Both the position numbers and the translations under genes were made by a program. Source: an uncultured Clostridium sp. (GTDB lineage: Bacteria > Bacillota_I > Bacilli_A > RF39 > UBA660). From it: 64,000 bases of DNA. The DNA lies in NCBI GenBank assembly GCA_902492325.1, contig CABULC010000002.1, positions 262,411 to 326,410 on the forward strand, in the 5' to 3' direction. Shown here piece after piece: positions 17,559-28,677 of this stretch. The notes beneath the pieces are model-generated. The model ran no database searches. It saw nothing but the letters and a program-made list of their open reading frames with translations, and was not told the origin of the DNA. The number at the start of each line of letters is the position of its first letter. Position 1 is the stretch's first letter.

Positions 17559-18638
17559 TTAATTTTTATGGCCTTCCAATAAAATGTTTTCGGGTTCTAT
17601 TGTTTCAAAAATAATATTTTTTTCATCTATATTAACACTATATATTAATTTAAAATCCCCATATAACTTAGAAAATATAGAATCAGTAGGTAAAACTAAT
17701 TCATATGTAAAAATATTATTATCTTCTTTAATTAATTCACCAACATAATTTCCATTTTCAATACTAGGATAATATTCAAATACAAGTTTTTTATAGGCTA
17801 ACATATTATATTTTTTAATACTTCTTTCTAATCTTCGATATTTCTTTTCATCGGAATATGTAATGGTGAAACCATTTTTAGTTTTTTTCTCCATATCTCC
17901 ATTTTGCATATCACCATTTTTATCAAGAATTCTATCCATCACATCATTTAAATTTTTAACTTGATTTGATAACTCATTCATTTTTATATCTAACGTAGTA
18001 TCATCTATATCTTTTCTTTCATTGTTATCTTTTAATTTATTAAGTAAGTCAATTTTAAACAAATTTTTTTCGGGAACATTTTTAGAAACCATAGCTTTTT
18101 TATAAAATGCTAACTCTGATTCAGAACATTTTATTAAAATATCTTCAGGTTGTATTGTTTCTAAAACAACAGTTTTTTCATCTGGATAAACACTATATAT
18201 TAATTTGCAATCACCATAGATTTTAGAAAACAGAGGGTCACTAGGTAGCATTAATTCATACTTTAAAATATGCTCATTCTTTTTAGAAATTTTTTTACCA
18301 ATAAAATTTCCACTTTCAATACTAGGATAATATTGAGATTTAAGTTTTTTATATGCTGACATATTACATTTTTTTAAGGATTTTTCTAATTTTACAAATT
18401 CTTCATCAAGCAAGTAAATCATATGAAAATGTTTTGAATGAGATGACTCTTCTTTGTATTTTGAAAGTTCTTTTTCTAGTCTATTAACTTTATCTTCTAA
18501 AATATCATTTTTATTCTTAAGTTCCAACATAGTATCGTTAGTATTATTTTCATCTTCAACTTTTCCTTTTTTAATAAAAAGTAAATAAATAATAACAATA
18601 AATTCCAATGTAATAAGAAGGTAAAATATTATATCCAT
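17559..18638 (-). CDS. Membrane-anchored coiled-coil protein carrying two tandem RelE/ParE-like domains
   Basis: N-terminal TM; internal ~110-aa repeat (YYPSIE[SN]GN...YEL[MV]LP[ST]D..FSK[IL]YGD.KLIYSV..DEK..[VI]..ETI.PE.IL) matching RelE/YoeB C-terminal strand pattern. Confidence 0.5.
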   Translation of the reverse strand: MDIIFYLLITLEFIVIIYLLFIKKGKVEDENNTNDTMLELKNKNDILEDKVNRLEKELSKYKEESSHSKHFHMIYLLDEEFVKLEKSLKKCNMSAYKKLKSQYYPSIESGNFIGKKISKKNEHILKYELMLPSDPLFSKIYGDCKLIYSVYPDEKTVVLETIQPEDILIKCSESELAFYKKAMVSKNVPEKNLFKIDLLNKLKDNNERKDIDDTTLDIKMNELSNQVKNLNDVMDRILDKNGDMQNGDMEKKTKNGFTITYSDEKKYRRLERSIKKYNMLAYKKLVFEYYPSIENGNYVGELIKEDNNIFTYELVLPTDSIFSKLYGDFKLIYSVNIDEKNIIFETIEPENILLEGHKN

Positions 18639-18640
18639 AA

Positions 18641-19276
18641 TTAGTCATCGCCTTTCTTACTTTTTCTTAATATCTCATCTCTCTTAGAATAAACACAACC
18701 ACAATAATCTTGACGATAAAGTCCATATTTATGAGAAAGTTCTATAGAATGTTTATAACCATTTTCTTTCTTGAAGTCAGAGTGTAACCATTTAACACCA
18801 TATTTCTTTTCCATACTTTCTCCAATCTCATTAATAAGTTCAGCATTTTTATATGGACTAACTGACAAAGTAGTACAGAAGTAATCATAGTTATTTTCTT
18901 TAGCAACTTTAGCAGTTTTCTCAATTCTAAGGTTAAAACATATAGTACATCTCTCACCCTTTTCAGGACACATTTCATATCCTTTAACTAGTTTATTATA
19001 CTTTTCATTATCGTAATCACAATCAATAAAATCTAGTTTATTAGGAGTTTCTAACATATTAAGTAACTTGATTTGCTCATTCTTACGTTTTAAATACTCC
19101 TCTTCTGGAGCAATATTTGGATTATAATAAAGAATAGTTATATCAAAATATGGAGTTAAATATGTTATTACATGAGAACTACAAGGAGCACAACAACTAT
19201 GAAGCAATAATCTCTTATGATTCTCTTCCACATTTTTTAATTCTTCTTTACATTTATTTTCTAAAATTTTGCTCAT
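18641..19276 (-). CDS. queH: Epoxyqueuosine reductase QueH (DUF208)
   Basis: LLLHSCCAPCSS and downstream Cys motifs. Confidence 0.7.
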   Translation of the reverse strand: MSKILENKCKEELKNVEENHKRLLLHSCCAPCSSHVITYLTPYFDITILYYNPNIAPEEEYLKRKNEQIKLLNMLETPNKLDFIDCDYDNEKYNKLVKGYEMCPEKGERCTICFNLRIEKTAKVAKENNYDYFCTTLSVSPYKNAELINEIGESMEKKYGVKWLHSDFKKENGYKHSIELSHKYGLYRQDYCGCVYSKRDEILRKSKKGDD

Positions 19277-19338
19277 AAAATCACCTGCCTATATTTTATC
19301 ACAAAAAGTATGTTATTATATAAATAGGATGTGATTAT

Positions 19339-20022
19339 ATGAAATATTACAAGTATAAAATGGACATTGGAGTAGGTAATGCTTTATCATTCTTAATGGC
19401 AGTCCCATTATTTATAATTTATTATTTGTTATTTCCAAACTTTTATGAAAGTATTACATATGCAAAAATGCCAATTTTATTATTATGGTTTATACTTCAT
19501 GAAATGATACACTTCTTTGGATATTTAATTAATAAAGAAGTTGATATAAAGAATCTATACTTAGGAGTTTGCCTTGAAAAAGGAATATTCTATTGTCAAT
19601 GTAGTCAGAAAGTTCATAAAAAGACAATATTAATTTCTTTAATGTCTCCATTTACAATAATAGGTGTTATAACTCTTATAATAGCTAAAGTATTTAATTT
19701 ACCATTCTTAGGTTTCTTATCAATACTTAATATGATGGGAGCAATATTTGATATATTAATGACTATTCAAATTGCTAAAATGCCTAAAGATGTTATGTTT
19801 GCTGAGTTTGATGATCCTGATGCGTATTACTTAATTTCTAAAAAAGATTTAACAAAGTATAAAACTATAGGACTTAAAGTAGTAGAAACAGGAGACTATG
19901 ATAATAAGAAAATAAAATCTAAAGATAGAAAAAGAATAGAAATAACAAAAAAATCTTATATATATTTAATAATTTTTGTATTAGCTTGCTTAATTTTAGA
20001 TTATCTTTTGAAGATAGTATAA
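19339..20022 (+). CDS. DUF3267-like membrane protein with HEMIH motif
   Basis: Hydrophobic ORF, HEMIHFFGY. Confidence 0.45.
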   Translation: MKYYKYKMDIGVGNALSFLMAVPLFIIYYLLFPNFYESITYAKMPILLLWFILHEMIHFFGYLINKEVDIKNLYLGVCLEKGIFYCQCSQKVHKKTILISLMSPFTIIGVITLIIAKVFNLPFLGFLSILNMMGAIFDILMTIQIAKMPKDVMFAEFDDPDAYYLISKKDLTKYKTIGLKVVETGDYDNKKIKSKDRKRIEITKKSYIYLIIFVLACLILDYLLKIV

Positions 20023-20052
20023 AACGTGTTATAATATCGTTGGTGAAAAATT

Positions 20053-20769
20053 ATGGAATTTAAAGCAATAATTATAACATTATTATCGGGGATATCTTTT
20101 TTAATAGGATACTTAATCACTAAATTTATAAAAGATGAGAAAAAATTAGTAACTTTTTCAGTTGGTTTTTCATTTACTATAATTTTAGGATTGGTATTTT
20201 TTGACTTGCTACCAGAATGTTTAGAATTATTAGAAAATAAAACATTAATTATACTTTGTATAGTAGTAGGTATAGCAGTATTAAAGCTTTTAGATATATT
20301 TATTCCAAATCATGAACATGGAGCTAACAAAAAAAGTCATATGGAACATATTGGATTAATTTCAGCACTAGCTTTATTCTTACATAATATTATTGAAGGA
20401 ACAGCAATATACACAACATCAATAAATAATTTAAGTTTAGGATTTTTTACAGCACTAGGAGTATCATTTCATAATATTCCTTTAGGTATACAAATATCAT
20501 CACTAGTTAGAAATAAAAAAGAAAAAGTATTTTTGCTTGGTAGTTTAGTATTTTCAAGTGTAATAGGAATAATTCTAATAAAAATATTTAATATTACACT
20601 TAATAACGCTGTAACAGGTGTACTTATTTCTCTAACATTAGGTATGTTAATATATATATCTATGTTTGAACTTTTATGTGAAGTTAAAGAACATATTAAA
20701 AAAAGAGAATTACAAATAGGTATAGTTCTTGGAATTATAATTATATTAATTGGACATTTTATTCATTAG
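20053..20769 (+). CDS. zupT: ZIP family zinc/metal transporter
   Basis: HNIIEGTAI and HNIPLGIQI motifs. Confidence 0.75.
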   Translation: MEFKAIIITLLSGISFLIGYLITKFIKDEKKLVTFSVGFSFTIILGLVFFDLLPECLELLENKTLIILCIVVGIAVLKLLDIFIPNHEHGANKKSHMEHIGLISALALFLHNIIEGTAIYTTSINNLSLGFFTALGVSFHNIPLGIQISSLVRNKKEKVFLLGSLVFSSVIGIILIKIFNITLNNAVTGVLISLTLGMLIYISMFELLCEVKEHIKKRELQIGIVLGIIIILIGHFIH

Positions 20770-20779
20770 TAGGAGTAGT

Positions 20780-21418
20780 ATGAAGAAGTTAAAAATATTA
20801 TTTGAAGATAAAAGTTTATTAATAGTTTATAAAGATGGTAATATACCAACTATTAATAGTGAAAAATATAGTAAGAGTTTATATAACGAAGTTTATGATT
20901 ACCTACATAAAAAGAATCAAAGAGTCTTTGTAGTACATAGACTTGATAAAGATACTAGCGGACTTGTGATGTTTGCTAAAAATGAAAGAGTAAAAGAAAC
21001 TTTACAAGATAACTGGGATAATGTAAAGCGTAAATATGTAGCTTTAGTACATGGAATCATATCTGAAGAGGGTGTAATAAAATCTTATTTAAAAGAAACA
21101 AAAACACTTCTTACTTATAGTACTAATGATTCAAGTGGAAAATATGCAGAAACTATATATAAAAGATTAAAATATAATAAACAATATTCACTAGTAGAAA
21201 TAGAAATAAAGACAGGAAGAAAAAACCAAATAAGAGTACATATGGCTGATAATAAAACACCAATACTTGGTGATAGAAAATATGGAAAGAAAGATGGTTA
21301 TAGAAAGATGATGTTACTTGCGAATGAACTTGAATTTAACCATCCAATTACTAAAAAACATATAGACATTAAACTTGATATACCAAATGAATATAAGAAA
21401 GTTGTAGAAAATGAATAA
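20780..21418 (+). CDS. RluA-family pseudouridine synthase
   Basis: VVHRLDKDTSGLVMFAKN catalytic Asp motif; start set at ATG with AGGAG RBS. Confidence 0.8.
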   Translation: MKKLKILFEDKSLLIVYKDGNIPTINSEKYSKSLYNEVYDYLHKKNQRVFVVHRLDKDTSGLVMFAKNERVKETLQDNWDNVKRKYVALVHGIISEEGVIKSYLKETKTLLTYSTNDSSGKYAETIYKRLKYNKQYSLVEIEIKTGRKNQIRVHMADNKTPILGDRKYGKKDGYRKMMLLANELEFNHPITKKHIDIKLDIPNEYKKVVENE

Positions 21419-21483
21419 TAAAAAGTATCACAAAAGATAAATATAGTCATGCATCTCCATCACTAGATCCTAAATGTGATAAA

Positions 21484-21744
21484 ATGTATTCTTTTGGAAG
21501 AAAATACATACACTTTCCATTCTATGGAATATTCTTAAAAGAAAATCTAAGAAAAGGACTTTTTAGTAGAAACAAAAATGCTTTAGTAGCTATCTATGAA
21601 ATAAATGTAACTTACTATCAATATAATAAAGTAAAAGTACTAGATAATAAAAAAGCATTATTTAAACCAGAAGAACTAACAGAAGATAAAGGTTTTAATA
21701 AAATATTTGAAGGTAAAATAAGAGATTATATAGCAATTTGTTAA
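21484..21744 (+). CDS. Hypothetical 86-aa protein
   Basis: ORF only. Confidence 0.3.
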   Translation: MYSFGRKYIHFPFYGIFLKENLRKGLFSRNKNALVAIYEINVTYYQYNKVKVLDNKKALFKPEELTEDKGFNKIFEGKIRDYIAIC

Positions 21745-21770
21745 AATTGCTATATTTTTATATATAAAAA

Positions 21771-21803
21771 ATAAAGTTTATGTATAAAAAAGAACCTTAT
21801 TAA
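21771..21803 (-). terminator. Terminator of ponA
   Basis: agaacctta-atttaa-taaggttct hairpin plus T-run on minus strand. Confidence 0.6.
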
Positions 21804-21804
21804 A

Positions 21805-23913
21805 TTAAGGTTCTAATACTTGAGGTAAACTTGTAGTACCATTTTCATTATTATTTTGAGATTTTTGAGGAGCACTTGCTGTTTTAGTTGGTTGAGTACC
21901 TTTAATAAATAAATGAGTTTGAACTTTAGAAGATGGAGTAGAAGCATTAGGTAATCTTGGAGGGTTAGTACCAACAACAACTCTAGATGCGACTATTCCA
22001 CTAGGTCTATCAAATTTAACATTTTTCTCCATAACTTTATTAACAATTTCTGCTTGAATTTTAGTTCTCTCACTCCACGCATGTGAAGAAGTATTATAAG
22101 TTTTTTTAGTTAATTTATCATATCCATACCAAATAGCAACACTATAATTTTTGCTAAATGTAACAGTCCAAGCATCTTGTATAACATTAGTACTAAGCCT
22201 TAGACTCTTAAGTTTAGCACTGTCATAACTACTTGTTCCTGTCTTTGTTGATATTTCACTACCTTTAACCTTAACACGAGAACTTGTAACTTTCTTAAGC
22301 ATATAACTTATCATATAAGCTGTTGTATCTTTCATTACACGTTTTTTAGGATAATTAAATTCTACAACTTCATCATCATTTCCATTCTTATATATAATTT
22401 TATTAACACTATGAGCTTCAGTATGATATCCTCCATTACCGAAAGAAGAATATGCAGAAGCTAATTGAACAGGAGATACTCCAGTAAATCCACCAATTGA
22501 ATGTGCTTCATTAATATAATGAGAATTTCCTAAATATTCAGGAGTTATTCCAAGAGAAGTAACAAACTTATCAATCTTGGAATTACTAAGTTTTTGAAAT
22601 GCCTGTAAAGCACAAGTATTTCTAGAACGAACTAAACATTGTTCCATTGTCATAAACCCTTTATATTTTCCATCAACATTTCTCATAACTCCACCATTAG
22701 TATAACTAACAGGTTTATCAACAAAAGGAGTATATGTAGACCAATTTTTATACTCAATACCAGGTCCATAATCAAATAATGGTTTAGCAGTACTTCCTGG
22801 ATGTCTCTTTATTTGAGTAGCATAATTTAGCGAACGTTCACTATTTTTATTACGTCCAGCACCAACAGCTATAATCGCACCTGTATCATTATCAATAATA
22901 CCTATACCGACTTGAACCTTATTATCTTTAAATTTATGTTTACTATAAAAATTATTTATAACATCTTGTTTACTCTTAACCATTGTTGTATAAATATCCA
23001 TTGATACTTCATAAGGATTTTCTCCAGTTTTATCAATAATTTCTTGTATAACAGTATCAATAAATCCCTGATATTTATTAATTGTAGTTTTTTGCTTTTT
23101 AATAATATTTTCAACATGTATTCTCTTTGCTTTATCAGCTTCATTTTCAGTTATATAACCGTGTCTTAACATTAAGTTAATAACTTCATTTTTTCTTTCA
23201 TTAGTTTTATCTGGATTAACATAAGGATCGTATTCACCAGGCGCTTGGAATAAACCAGCTATCATAGCAGCTTCAACTAAATTTATATCAGTTATATCTT
23301 TATCAAAATAAGTTCTAGAAGCCATTTGAACTCCATAACTACCAGCACCTAAGTATGGAGCATTAACATAAAACTCTATAATTTGTTCTTTAGAATAATC
23401 TTTTTCAATTTTAAATATTGACATATAAATATCAGTAAACTTACGTACTATTCCATCAAATCCTTTAGCGTTAGTACTAGTATAAGTATTTTTAGATAAC
23501 TGCATAGTCAGAGTAGAAGCTCCACCTGCGTCTTCTCCTTTTAGGAAACCAACACCTGCTTTCATAAATCTATATATATCAAATCCATCATGCTCAAAAA
23601 ATCTCGAGTCTTCAGTCGCAACAATCGCATCAATTAATACTTGAGGTAATTCTTCATAAGTAACAATTTGTCTTTTCTCAGTACCAATACTAGCTATTAA
23701 GTCCCCTTTAGAATCATATATATTAGATGATTCTTTTTTATAAAGTAATTCACCTTTAAACTCAGGGGCACTCATATATATATAACAAAAGAACCCAGAT
23801 ACAGTAACTATACCTAGAAAAAATAAAATTATAATAATTAAACATATATTATTTAAAATATTATTTTTCTTGTTGTTTTTAATCTTCTTTTTAATATCTT
23901 TCTTCTTTTTCAT
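21805..23913 (-). CDS. ponA: Bifunctional class A penicillin-binding protein (GT51 transglycosylase + transpeptidase), S/T/P/Q-rich C-terminus
   Basis: GT51 motif ATEDSRFFEHDGFD, SxxK RHPGSTAKP. Confidence 0.9.
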   Translation of the reverse strand: MKKKKDIKKKIKNNKKNNILNNICLIIIILFFLGIVTVSGFFCYIYMSAPEFKGELLYKKESSNIYDSKGDLIASIGTEKRQIVTYEELPQVLIDAIVATEDSRFFEHDGFDIYRFMKAGVGFLKGEDAGGASTLTMQLSKNTYTSTNAKGFDGIVRKFTDIYMSIFKIEKDYSKEQIIEFYVNAPYLGAGSYGVQMASRTYFDKDITDINLVEAAMIAGLFQAPGEYDPYVNPDKTNERKNEVINLMLRHGYITENEADKAKRIHVENIIKKQKTTINKYQGFIDTVIQEIIDKTGENPYEVSMDIYTTMVKSKQDVINNFYSKHKFKDNKVQVGIGIIDNDTGAIIAVGAGRNKNSERSLNYATQIKRHPGSTAKPLFDYGPGIEYKNWSTYTPFVDKPVSYTNGGVMRNVDGKYKGFMTMEQCLVRSRNTCALQAFQKLSNSKIDKFVTSLGITPEYLGNSHYINEAHSIGGFTGVSPVQLASAYSSFGNGGYHTEAHSVNKIIYKNGNDDEVVEFNYPKKRVMKDTTAYMISYMLKKVTSSRVKVKGSEISTKTGTSSYDSAKLKSLRLSTNVIQDAWTVTFSKNYSVAIWYGYDKLTKKTYNTSSHAWSERTKIQAEIVNKVMEKNVKFDRPSGIVASRVVVGTNPPRLPNASTPSSKVQTHLFIKGTQPTKTASAPQKSQNNNENGTTSLPQVLEP

Positions 23914-24024
23914 AAACACCCTCAATATAGTATATCATAAAAATATTATTCCCATTTTATAAAATTATATAATCTATTAATATTATGAAAAATTTGATAT
24001 AATATTTACGAGGGAAAAGAAAAT

Positions 24025-24972
24025 ATGATGAAATGTGTTGTTATATACAATCCAAATAGTGGAAAGTTAACAAATAGAAATGATGTAAAAAAATTATACA
24101 AAATATTTGAAAACTATGGCTATGATGTAGAAATTATATATACTGAGTATAAAGGACACGCAAAAGAAATAACTAAGAAGTTAAAAGATGTTGATCTTTT
24201 GATATGTGCTGGAGGAGATGGAACTTTAAATGAAGTAATATCTGGTAATATCGAAAGACATAAACCAATACTTTTAGGACATTTACCTTTAGGGAGTGTA
24301 AATGATGTAGCTCATATGTATGGTATGACAGGAAATACTACTAAGAATTTAGTTATGCTTTTAAATGGGGCTCAAAAAAATATAGATGTATGTCTAATAA
24401 ATGGTAGCCCATTTGTATACGTAGCATGTATAGGAACATGGGTTGATATATCTTATTCAACACCAAGAAAACTAAAGGAAAAATATGGAAAACTAGCATA
24501 TGTAATTTATGGTATTCAACAATTAAAACAAAAGTTACAATTCTATAATGTAAAATATACTGTAAACGGAGAACAAAAAGAAGGCAGATTCTCATTTATA
24601 TTTATAACTAATTCAAATAGAGTTGGTGGAGTAGATAATATATATGATGATGTAAAACTAGATGATAATAAATTTGAAGTATTACTTTGTGAAATAAAAA
24701 ATAAATGGGATATCTTAAGAGCAGTTCACTATCTAAAAAGAAGAGAACTTGACAATATACCAGTATTTAAATATTTTAAAACTGATAAGATAGAACTTGA
24801 GTTTGATGAGACTCCACCATCATGGTGTATAGATGGAGATGAATTAATTCACGAAACAAATAAATTCAAAATAGAAATAAATAAAGATAACTATATGTTA
24901 CTTCCAACAAAAAATATAGATAAATTATTTGAATGCCCAGAAGAAACAGAAGAAGAACTAGATGAAGAATAA
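24025..24972 (+). CDS. Diacylglycerol/lipid kinase family protein (DagK/YegS-like)
   Basis: CAGGDGTLNEV motif. Confidence 0.8.
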   Translation: MMKCVVIYNPNSGKLTNRNDVKKLYKIFENYGYDVEIIYTEYKGHAKEITKKLKDVDLLICAGGDGTLNEVISGNIERHKPILLGHLPLGSVNDVAHMYGMTGNTTKNLVMLLNGAQKNIDVCLINGSPFVYVACIGTWVDISYSTPRKLKEKYGKLAYVIYGIQQLKQKLQFYNVKYTVNGEQKEGRFSFIFITNSNRVGGVDNIYDDVKLDDNKFEVLLCEIKNKWDILRAVHYLKRRELDNIPVFKYFKTDKIELEFDETPPSWCIDGDELIHETNKFKIEINKDNYMLLPTKNIDKLFECPEETEEELDEE

Positions 24973-25061
24973 TTTTACTCATTATTCTAGACATTATCTT
25001 TCACAATAAAAACAAATTAAAATATTTACTAAGAACAATAAAAATTGTATAATTAAATAGA

Positions 25062-25098
25062 GCCTAGAGAAAACTCTCTGGGTTCATTTTTTTTGGAG
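25062..25098 (+). terminator. Hairpin + T-run between dagK-like gene and pyrG (terminator or pyrG leader attenuator)
   Basis: cctagagaaaactctctgg hairpin followed by tttttttt. Confidence 0.4.
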
Positions 25099-25102
25099 GT
25101 AA

Positions 25103-26710
<1,608 letters not shown>

Positions 26711-26777
26711 TTACAAAATATATTTAAAAAAATTAAATTGTATATTATAATATATCTAGAATAAGGAGTGGGCTTGT

Positions 26778-27740
26778 GTGAACATAGTATTATCAATAAT
26801 TTTACTATTAATTGGCTTTTATGGCTTAATTAAATGTTCAGATATATTTGTAGATGCGATAAGTTCTATTGCAACTAATTTTAAGATGTCTAAAATGATG
26901 ATAGCACTAACTGTAGCTGCATTTGGTACATGTGCTCCGGAACTTGCAATATCATTTCAAAGTATAAGTTCAGGTAGTGGTGATATAGCTCTTGCTAATG
27001 TACTTGGAAGTAATGTTGTTAATATCTTGTTGATAATTGGTTTAGCTGCATGTGTGGCTCCAATAAAAGTAAAAAATGATGTCACCAAGAAAGAACTTCC
27101 AATATTATTAGTAATAACTACATTGTTTAGTTTATCAATAATATCTCATTATATTGGAGGGACACCTGATAATTTTATACTTGATAGATATGATGGATTA
27201 TTATTTATATTTTTCTTTGGAGTATTTATATTCTATATAATATCAGTTGTAAAAACTAAACAAGGTTTCTTCGAATATAGTAAACCAAAATATAAAATGT
27301 TAACATCAATATTGCTTTCACTAGCATGTTGCGTAGGAATTATAATAGCAAGTGATTTAGTTGTCGATAATGCTAAAGTACTGGCAGAAGCACTAAATGT
27401 AAGTACTAAAATAATAACGATGACTGTAATAGTAATTGGAACATCGCTTCCAGAGATGACAATGACAGTAGTTGCTGCCAAAAAGGGCGAGTTTGATATA
27501 GCTCTTGGCAATATAATTGGAACTAATATATTTAATATAGGAATAGTTCTAGGACTTCCACTTTTAATATATGGAGGCTTCTCATCAGCTCATTTTAATC
27601 TTATAGATGTACTTGCGGTACATATAGCAGCATTTACTTTATATTACTTTGCACGTAATGATAAAGTACTTTCTAGATTAGAAGGCGCACTTATGATATT
27701 AATGTTTATTGCATACTATACATACGTTTTATTAGCATAA
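26778..27740 (+). CDS. Ca2+/cation antiporter (CaCA family, YrbG-like)
   Basis: Alpha-repeat GTCAPELAIS and GTSLPE. Confidence 0.8.
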   Translation: MNIVLSIILLLIGFYGLIKCSDIFVDAISSIATNFKMSKMMIALTVAAFGTCAPELAISFQSISSGSGDIALANVLGSNVVNILLIIGLAACVAPIKVKNDVTKKELPILLVITTLFSLSIISHYIGGTPDNFILDRYDGLLFIFFFGVFIFYIISVVKTKQGFFEYSKPKYKMLTSILLSLACCVGIIIASDLVVDNAKVLAEALNVSTKIITMTVIVIGTSLPEMTMTVVAAKKGEFDIALGNIIGTNIFNIGIVLGLPLLIYGGFSSAHFNLIDVLAVHIAAFTLYYFARNDKVLSRLEGALMILMFIAYYTYVLLA

Positions 27741-27798
27741 ACTTGCAATACTTCACGATTTTCTATATAATAATTATAGAACTGTGAGGTATTTTTTA

Positions 27799-28677
27799 AT
27801 GAGAAAAAGATTTGGTGACAGAAGAGATGGAAAGAGAGTTAAAGTAGATGGTTTACATCAGTTACTTATTGATTTAAAGCCTAGAAGATGTGACTCAGAT
27901 GTATACATTAATCAAAAAGTAGATGTAACAAATTTAGTTAAATATATAGAAAAAAAGAAAAAAGATAATCCTGATATGAGAATAACATATTTTCATGCAT
28001 TTGCTATGGCATTTGCAAAGTTATTTTATAATAGAGAATTATTAAATAGATTCATATGTGATAGAAAGACATATAGAAGAAATGATGTAATAATAGCTTT
28101 CACCGCAAAAATTGCATTTGAAGATTATAGTGAAGAAGTAATGATTAACTTAAAGATAGATGAAGATGATACTTTAGATACTGTTAGTAAAAAAGTATAT
28201 GCAAGAGTTAAAAAACTAAGAAACTCAAAACAAACAGATAAAAAAGAAAATACCAATAATGCCGTAGATGTCATTGGACATATGCCAGGTATTATTAGAA
28301 TTCCTTTAGTAGGATTTATTAAATGGTTAGATAAAAAAGGATGGATTCCTGGAAGCTTAGTAGAAGATAACTTATATTATAGTACAATAATTTTATCAAA
28401 TTTAGGTAATTTTGGTATTGGATCAATATATCACAACCTAACTAATTTTGGAACAAGTTCAATGCTTGCTACAATGGGAAAAATTCATAAAGAAACTATA
28501 GTAGATGAAAATGGAAAAACAAAAGTTATGGATGTTTGCGATTTTGGAGTAAACATGGATGAAAGAATCGCAGATGGATATTATTTTGCTAAATCATTAA
28601 AAATGTTTGAATATATAATTAATAACCCAGAATTACTGGAAGAAAGAGCAGATGCAAAAATAGATTATGAAGAATAA
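27799..28677 (+). CDS. 2-oxoacid dehydrogenase E2/CAT-like acyltransferase catalytic domain protein
   Basis: C-terminal DERIADGYYFAKSLKMFEYIINNPELL resembles E2 catalytic motif DHRxxDG. Confidence 0.5.
   Translation: MRKRFGDRRDGKRVKVDGLHQLLIDLKPRRCDSDVYINQKVDVTNLVKYIEKKKKDNPDMRITYFHAFAMAFAKLFYNRELLNRFICDRKTYRRNDVIIAFTAKIAFEDYSEEVMINLKIDEDDTLDTVSKKVYARVKKLRNSKQTDKKENTNNAVDVIGHMPGIIRIPLVGFIKWLDKKGWIPGSLVEDNLYYSTIILSNLGNFGIGSIYHNLTNFGTSSMLATMGKIHKETIVDENGKTKVMDVCDFGVNMDERIADGYYFAKSLKMFEYIINNPELLEERADAKIDYEE

Noticed and set aside
18742-18978. Minus-strand 78-aa ORF in alternative frame of queH
   Set aside because: Same-strand overlapping frame inside QueH; no independent start signals.
22956-24595. 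Small ORFs antisense or overlapping ponA and the dagK-like gene
   Set aside because: Inside strongly supported genes.
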